Shown: piece by piece, positions 50,813 through 59,800 of the stretch
How positions within the stretch are numbered: the stretch's first letter is position 1
How the letters are laid out: each line of letters begins with the position of its first letter
Origin: Eledone cirrhosa
Lineage: Eukaryota
Length of the DNA: 64,000 nucleotides
Assembly (NCBI GenBank): GCA_964016885.1
Contig: OZ024741.1
Location: 387,748,001-387,812,000, forward strand
Direction of reading: 5' to 3'
Notes under the pieces: model-generated
What the model was told of the DNA's origin: nothing
Seen by the model: the letters and a program-made list of their open reading frames with translations, nothing else
Database searches by the model: none
Program-made: the position numbers and the translations under genes

Positions 50813-53800
50813 GGTTGGTGATAGGAAGGGCAACCAATTGTAGAAAACCTGCCAAATGGTTGGGAGGACTCTTCAGTTGTGTCAAAGACATGACAAAAAT
50901 CCTATTATTGATACCATGATAGAGTGCACTTGGTAGAGTGCGGGAGTGTATATATGTACATATATATATATCTACACACATACATGCAAAAGGCAAAAAG
51001 AAATAAGGCAAATGACACACACACACACACACATACATTTTCTATCTACCATTTTTACTCGTAAGGCTTTGGTCAACATGAGGCTATAGTACATGACTTT
51101 TGCCCTAGGTGCTGCACAGTGGGACCGAAGCTGAAACTGCATGGTTGTGAAGTAAAATCTTCACCACAGCAATTCCTGCATGAATCTGGGTTTTATCATT
51201 ATTATAAATTTCCCATTTCCCTTTTAAATCTTTGATACACTAACTTCTGCACACAATTTGTCATATTGATAAATAATTGTTAATGGAATTAAGGAAATAT
51301 TACTATTGATATGTAAGTCGTAAGTCAGTAATCATTGAGTCAGCTGCCATAGTATCACTGGAAAAGTACATTTCAATAGTTTCTTGTTACCCAGGAAGGT
51401 ATGAAGACTGATTTGTAATGGATGTAGGAAATGAGCCTTTTGATCTTCATGGTTTCTTCCTTTCAATGACCATAAATAGGAATGGACAACTGAGTAACTG
51501 GTGATGCTGCTTGCTGGAATCTTACTCTTTTCTTTGACATGTTTTCAACAATAATTTAAGGGGAAAAAAAATGTTTGTCTTAAAGATTTGACATTGTTTT
51601 ATTGTCTTTGAAGAGTGTGAATAGGATTGCATTGATATATTTGATTTTTGTGCCTTTCAGGATCTTGGATTGGTCCAAGAGAAAGAGTATGCTTTGGTGC
51701 TGCATCGACATTCTCGGACATCTGGTGGCAATAATGACAACACAGGGGGACAGAACAATGACGAATACAACGTTGGGGTTGTTGTGAAATTGGACACCCT
51801 AGGTAGCAGTGGAAGTAGCAGTACTGGGAGCAGTACAGGGGCTGTGAGCCAGAATTCCAGCAAAGATAATACTGTACTTCAGTTGGAGTTCTTTCTTGTC
51901 CTCACCAGCAAGTGTGAGCTGCTCCCTACGCAGAGTTTTGTGCAGAAACTGGGTGGGGCACTTCGAGCTACAAGTGCATCAATGTCACCGGGTGTTGAGG
52001 AAGAATTTGATCAAGTCTATGTGCCAGTGAAGCAACATATTGGTGTGAGATCTGAAACAACAAATAAAACACGTGGCTTGTCTCCATTCCATCGTCTAGT
52101 TACACGAGAAGTAGATGCAGCAAAGTAAGTATAGTGCAATTTATCTGGTTTGTACAACACTGACACTAACATCTACCTTGGTTTGTACAACACTGACACT
52201 AACATCTACCTGGGTTTGTACAACACTGACATCTACCTGGGTTTGTACAACACTGACACTGACATCTACCTGGGTTTGTACAACACTGACACTAACATCT
52301 ACCTGGGTTTGTACAACACTGACATCTACCTGGGTTTGTACAACACTCACACTAACATCTACCTGGGTTTGTACAACACTGACATCTACCTGGGTTTGTA
52401 CAACACTGACACTAACATCTACCTGGGTTTGTACAACACTGACACTAACATCTACCTGGGTTTGTACAACACTGACACTAACATCTACCTTGGTTTGTAC
52501 AACACTGACACTAACATCTACCTGGGTTTGTACAACACTGACATCTACCTGGGTTTGTACAACACTGACACTAACAACATGCCTGATTTGTATAGAAGAC
52601 TCTGTCAAACAATATATACAAAAATAAACCAACTATTTAATACAAAGGTTCTCAAAGGGGGGCATATGCACCCCCGGGGGGCATTTGGGAGCAAGGTCGC
52701 GTTTGGAGCTGGGGGAGGGAGGTTAGGGGGCGCCGGAAGGCTCTTTATTTTGGTAAGTTTTATAAGCCATATTTGTATGTCTTTCAGACAGCCAGTGTGA
52801 ATGCATTTGAATAAGCTTGCAGACACCATAACTATAGTCTGACAGCAGCTGTGAGCAGGTGTGCAGGCATGTCCGGTAATTGAGACGTTAACCGGTAATT
52901 GAGATCCTAAAAATGGAAAAACCCACAGTCAACTTGGTCAAAGATACTTTAAGCGCAGCCAGTTAGAATCTTATTTTTCCTTCACCGATAACAATGTATT
53001 TCATGTCTGAAATTATTGACTCAACCGCAACGAGTTAACACTATGTAGATCTATTTTATTCCCTATTGTATAAATAATATTACAAATAAAAAATAAAAAA
53101 ATAAAAAACAGAAGCGAGTAGCACACACATCTAGGACCACATACAACACATAATCAGATAATACACACATCTTTGGAATATTGTTAATCAATTTTTTAGT
53201 AATCTACTGATATAAAAATCAGTAGTATATTGAAAAATGGAAAAGGGGGGGGGGGGCGTTTCGTGATTTTGAGAGACAAAAGGGGGCGTTTGGCCTAAAT
53301 GGGTTGAGAACCTGTGATTTAATACAACATTTAGTTGTCAATTTTATTGATCCATCCTTTAGCATTATTTAGCACTGTTTCTGTCATTATAATTTATCTT
53401 TTCTAATTTACCACAGTAAATACATCAGATTAAATTATAACACAATAAAAATTAATGCTGGGTGAGAACAAAGGAAAATAGATTTAATGAAAAAAACATC
53501 ATCAAAATATGCAGTTTTGCAAGGACTTATGGCTGGTTCTGTTATAATTACACTTGTTAAGAATGTGTAATGGTCACACACCCATGACATCATACATACC
53601 ATCTTTCTTGCACCTCATAGGGTAGAGCGGGAACGTCAGTTGAGTAAATAACTTACAACTATGTTAGTAATGGCAGTCACAATAAAATACACCAAATGTA
53701 TTCTGTGGTTGGTATTAAGAAAGGTATCTAAACATAGAAACCATGTCAAAAGGGATTAAGAAGACTCTTCAGTTGTGTGAAGGACACAACAACCTCTTTA

Positions 53801-56800
53801 GTGTTGGTGTGACAATAAACTGCACCCGGTACACTCTGTAATGTGCTGGAATGTATGTAAGCAAGATGTAGGCTTCTGGCCTATCTAGAACTATCAGTAG
53901 TTCTGTTTAAGTATGAACTTGGTCTGTGATGATCCACTCAATCCATGCCAGCATAGACTTTAAATGATGATGAAGAGACCCTACATAAAATTGGTGTGCA
54001 CTGCACTTCCTCTTCTGATTAAAAGAGAAAAAAAAAAATAGTTCTACCATAGGAGTGGATGAATCATATTTGTGAGTTTATTTTCAGATTTGTAGCCAAC
54101 ATAACTTAACAGTTCAACAAAAAGAAATCAATAATAAAAAGTCAACACCAGGCTTGAAAAGCACCACTACTGGGATCAATATGATTGTCTAAATCCATTC
54201 AGAGTGGTGCCTTAGCATGGCTTCAGTCAAATGACTGAAACCAGTAAAAGAATAAAAGAATCATAATTTACTTATAGTTAAATATTTGTAAGTAATTCTT
54301 GAGATGAAATTTTGTATTTTGTTTGTTTTGACAGGAGAAAGATAGAACGAACAGTTATGTCATGCATGGCTAAATGTCGCAGAGATATTTTGTGGGAACG
54401 ACTGTTGAAAGGAGGACAAGAAGAAGATGTGAAGAAAAAGAAAAAATTTGAGGGAGATGAAGGAGTAAGTAAACATTTTTATGGTAATCTATACTGCTAG
54501 CATTTCTTGGTCATTAGAATATGGAAAGGTAGATAATAGTAGTGGCTTATATACACAGTCTGCCAATAAAATGTATGCATACTTCAGGAAAATATATATA
54601 TATATCATCATCATACGTCCGCTTTTCCCTGCTTGCAAGGGTTGGACGGGTCCTATTCAGCACAGCATCTCTCCACTTGTCACGGTCCTTTGTCATCTCC
54701 TCGGTGAATTTCAGCGATCTGAGGTCTGCTCTCACCACCTCCACCCATGTTTTACATGGTCTACCTCTTCTGCGTCTTCCTTCAGCTGGCATTTCTTGGC
54801 ACTTCTTTACTCATTGGTCATCACATGTCCATACCATATATATATATATTCAACAGTATTTCATGCATCAAGATATCTCAACGTAGAAATTCATCTTTTG
54901 TTTTGTGTGTGTGCTTGTATCATCATCATCATCATTTTTACATCTGCTTTTCCATGATTGCATAGGTTGGACAGGTCCTTCTCAGCACAGCATCTCTCCA
55001 CTTGTCGCATTCCTTTGTTAGCCCTATGTTCGCAACTAGTGGAAATCATAATGGTCGCGCTTTTCATAAGTTTGGCTGTGTTTTACTGGATAGATGCCCT
55101 TCCTACCATCAACTACTTTACAGCGTTGACTGGGTGCATTCTCCATGCCACCAGCACTAGAAAGGTCATCTTAACAGACTTTTAAGATTCCTCTCCTCCC
55201 TGCACCACTTTTTATTTGGAGTGTCTACTCTCCTAGACAGGTGCCTTCACTATGGCTTATGAAGCCCACATCTGCCCAATGCAGTCATGTTTATATCGGA
55301 GTCATTGCTCTCCTAGATGGATTGCCTTCATTACGGCTTATGGGGTCCACGCCGACCCCATGTAGTTGTTTTTAATTGGAATCATTGCTCTCCTAGATGG
55401 GTTGCCTTTACTATGGCTTGTGGAGTCCAGGTCTGCCATGTGCAGTCCAGGTCTGCCATGTGCAGTCATTAAATGGTTTGTAGAGTAGCAAATTGAGATT
55501 CATAAAGTAGGAAGATATATATTGGATATATAGAAAAAAAAGTCCTATAATAGTTGTAATGCAAAATATTCATATGCTGTCCAAAATATTCATATAGGGA
55601 AATTCCTGTTAGTTTTTATTTGTTAATTTAATAGTTAACGTTGGGGTCAAATATATCTTCTGATTATGTAACAGAATGGGTGATACACTTTAAAGATAAA
55701 CTTATTTAGAAATTGCTTTCTTAGTATGTTGTCTAAAAGGAGGTAAAAGAATCATAAGAGAATAATACTCACCACTTTAATTGCACTAACTAAATGTTTG
55801 TAAGTCAAAAGAGAGGTACTGCATGCATTGCATAACCTTGAAAGGATTTCATCATCAGAATCGATATCACTGTTATGACACTTAGGCATGCATAGATGAC
55901 ACAGCACATGGTCTTTTGTGCTTTGAAACACACCTGAAAATTGAAAATTCAATTACAATTTAGACCAATTTTTTTCTAATTCCTAACTATATCAAGTCCC
56001 TCACACTGTCTAGTCAGTTAGTCTAGTTATCTCCGCATACTCATGAGGGGTCTGTTTGGAAGTGCCTCCTCCAGTGTGGACCATAACTGGACCATGCATG
56101 TTAAGTGTATGAAAACATATTTACACTCTATATATAAATATATATAGAGAGAGAGAGAAAGAGAAAAAGAGAGATTTATCATGTTAAATATTTATACAAG
56201 TTTTTCTTTTCCTGAAGTGTTTATACATTTTTTTGGCAGTCTCTGTAGTTATAACAGCATCCCCTCTTTTTGATGAGAAATATTTTTAGCTAGTATTTTA
56301 ACTCTTAACATCCTGTACCACATGAAAAGTGCATTAGCAAGTCTTTCTTGAAAAGTAAAAAAACAGCAATATGACTGCATCACATTAAAAATTAGTCTTT
56401 ATTTTATCAAACTGTTCTGCTTTAATTGTGACAATATCTCTGTTTATATTATAAATACTTGCAGAAATAGCTCTCAACATTTCTGTTTTGTCCAAGCTTT
56501 TGTCTTGTTTCAAACATTTATTGTGTTCTTCTTTTTTTCATCTTTTTTTTTTCTTTTCATCTTCCTTCAGCTTCTTCGTCTTACGTTTTCTGAATTTGAA
56601 GAACTGATGTGTATGGTTGAATCCTCATCCCTCAGTGAGCTGGATGAACGGCTTTTACATTTTACTAACATGGGCCGTAATTGGTTCAATACATTACTTA
56701 CTTACCTTCCTAGTCGGTATGGTGACCAATTTCGACATTTTGTCAATGCTGATGGTAAAATCCAATGTGCGGTATGTAAGATTTTTGTAACATCAAATTT

Positions 56801-59800
56801 TTTTCTTCTTTTAGAAACCTCTCCATCTGAAATTTCAGGAATATATTAACCCTTTACTTACTGTATTTCTAATGGAAGACACTGCCCATGTTTAACCCTT
56901 TAACTTACCATCTTTATAATGAAAGACACTGCCTGTGATTTTCTAATCTTTCTGAAAATAATCAAATGTTTGGAAGGATTTAGTATTATAACTAACTTTC
57001 TCATTATTAAGCTAGTGTTTGTAATATTATTTAAAAGATGTTCTTTCACAAAGTTAAGATGGAAAGGTTTTAGATAAATATAAGCATTTTTAAACAAACC
57101 TCAATTTAAAATGGAAGAGCTATAAAAAACAATGTCTCTATCGAAACAAGAACATTCTTCATTTCATATAATTCATCGTGTAGAAATAAGGAGAAACTTT
57201 AACCAAAGACAAGTTGCATAAAAGCTAATAAGATGCAAATTAAACCCACCTCAGGATACTACTATAAATGATAGGGTATATAAGCCCCTCAGTTACGTAT
57301 TTCTTTGTGGTTGTATAAATGATATACATCTTCTGACAAGGTTCCATTAGGTCTGAAAATCGATTACAGGGATTTATCATTTTTTTCAATTTACAGGAAA
57401 AACATGTATTTGTCATATCTTCACATCTGTATATGAAAAAATGTGTAAATTTATATAGACATTTAGTCTCAGTTACTCTCTATTCTGTATATATACAGAT
57501 ATAACTTATCAAGTTGTATTATTGTTCCCTTTTTTGCCTGTGGATTGGCAGTATCAGTAGAGCATCTGACACCATGCTTTGCAGCATAGAGTTATGGCCC
57601 ATTACGTTCTGAGTTCAAATCCCACCATGGTTAGCTTTGCCTTTCATCCCTAAAGTATCAGTTACGTACTGAGGTCGATTTAAACAACTTTCCCCTCCCT
57701 GCAAAATTGTTGACCTTGCGCCTAAATCAGAAACCATTATTTTTCCCTTTTCATTGTGCTTATGGGATGATATCTTTGTCATATCTTATTGCTAAATAAG
57801 CTTCAATAGAATTATTCAGTCTGCTCAGTGTGGCAACTAAATCTTCCTTATCGTCATCGTTTTCCATGCTGACAAGGGTTTTTGGATGGGATTGTTTAAG
57901 ACAATGTTTTACAGTCAGATGCCCTTCCTGATACTAACCCCTTTGGTTGCTTCTTACGACATGCAAGAGGATATGACGTACCTATTTTAAAAGCTGGGAT
58001 ACATATATTATTCCTTAGTGCATTAAAAAAGGGAAACCGCATGTTTCAATAATGAAAGCATATGTCAATATACAAACAATTAAGATGCAATGGTCATGAC
58101 TTAAATGCATAATATATCAACCTTTGTGTATACAGTATTTATGTTTTCTTCATCTTCTTTGCCCACTTATTCCTGGGAGGGTCGTTGGGGCAGAGTCCTC
58201 AAATATGTCTTCCAGCAGGTCCTGTCAGAAGCATCCATCTCCAAATGATCTGGCTGGACCCCTGAGTGAGACAAGCCAAGGTCATAGATGTTATGTAACC
58301 ATCTTGCTCAGGCTGTACTCCTGGGTTTCATGCCGGTTGGTTTTGCCCAAAGAATTTGTCGTACAATTCTTTCTTGAAACATTCTAACCACGTCTGTAGT
58401 ATTGGAGCTGTGATCTCTCAATTTGGAGAAGTAACAACTCTCTGATCTCTGAGCTACATACTTTATTGAGTAACGTTACTCCAAAGACCCTTTAGAAGAA
58501 CCTCATTTTGGCTGCTTACAGGGTGGGCTGGGAACTTTTAGCCATTTCATAATCGTTGTGAGGGAGTTTTTCCAGCTTTCTATGCTTGTATGCATGGGTG
58601 TATTCCATGAGGAAAGTGAGGTGTATTCCATATGGCAAGTGCGAGAGAGTGTACGAGTTTAATATAATAATTGTCTATTTGTTACTAGGTGATTGTCAGT
58701 CCAGACTACTCAGATACATGTATCCAGTTGACAGTAAACAGTGCTGTGGTGAGAGCTGTAAGTTCAACATTCAATATTTCACTTCATCTCCCTCAACACT
58801 TCATGTCCATCTCTCTTTTTTCATTTTCCTATAATTCATCAATTTATATTTAATTATTGCTACATAAGATTTGGGATTTACTATTTATTTATTTATTTAA
58901 TCATTTAAATGTGCATATAGAACTATTAAGCCATGACAGATGAGGGGAAAGTATCTAGTATTTCTTACAGTTGAGAAACAAAAAACATGATATACAGAGA
59001 TAAGTGAATATGAAGATAAAATTTAAAATAAAATAAAATAAAATTGGGAAAGCCAACTGGAGGCAAAATAAGCGCACAAAAAAGATAAAGAAGAAATGGG
59101 AAGAAAGGGAATCTGTAAAGCAGCTAGAAGGTTCTGATATTGAATCTTTTCTAAGTTACTAAAAGTCTATAAGGGTACATAGTCAGGTTTGCACAATTGA
59201 TACCTACCACTATAAGGTCTCATCACTGTGAATGGAAAACCTGTTGACTGTACCACCAAGTAAAGAGATTCAAAGCTAGATAATCCCCAATTAGTTTTAT
59301 GACTTTTACAGGTTCATATATTGTAAAGTTGAAGTTTGATTTAGTAAAAGTTAACATTACTAGTTTTGGTATGGTAACACACAACATTACTATTTTTAGT
59401 ATGGTACCACAACATTACTATTTTTAGTATGGTAACACATTACCAGTTTTTGTATGGTAACACATTACCAGTTTTAGTATGATAGCACACACATTTATTT
59501 GCATAGTTACATTTATATTTCTGACATCTGGCATTGTTATACAATAATAAACCAGGAATATATGTAACTATACAAAATGTGAGTGTTACCAATCATATAA
59601 TTGTTTCTAAGGCAGTGAATTGGCAGAATCATTAGAACATCGGAGAAAATACCTTGTATTTTTCTGAATGTTTATATAACTAAACTGAAATCCCACCAAT
59701 TTCAGATTTCATTGTCATCATTCGTAGGATAATAAAATAGCAGTCCAAGATGGTGGCTTAATGGAATTGTTAGCATCCTGGACAAAATGTAATATTTGTT

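Noticed and set aside
52115-52800. Repetitive ORFs (170, 163 and 216 aa)
   Set aside because: Artefacts of a minisatellite whose unit lengths are multiples of 3; they lie inside an intron.
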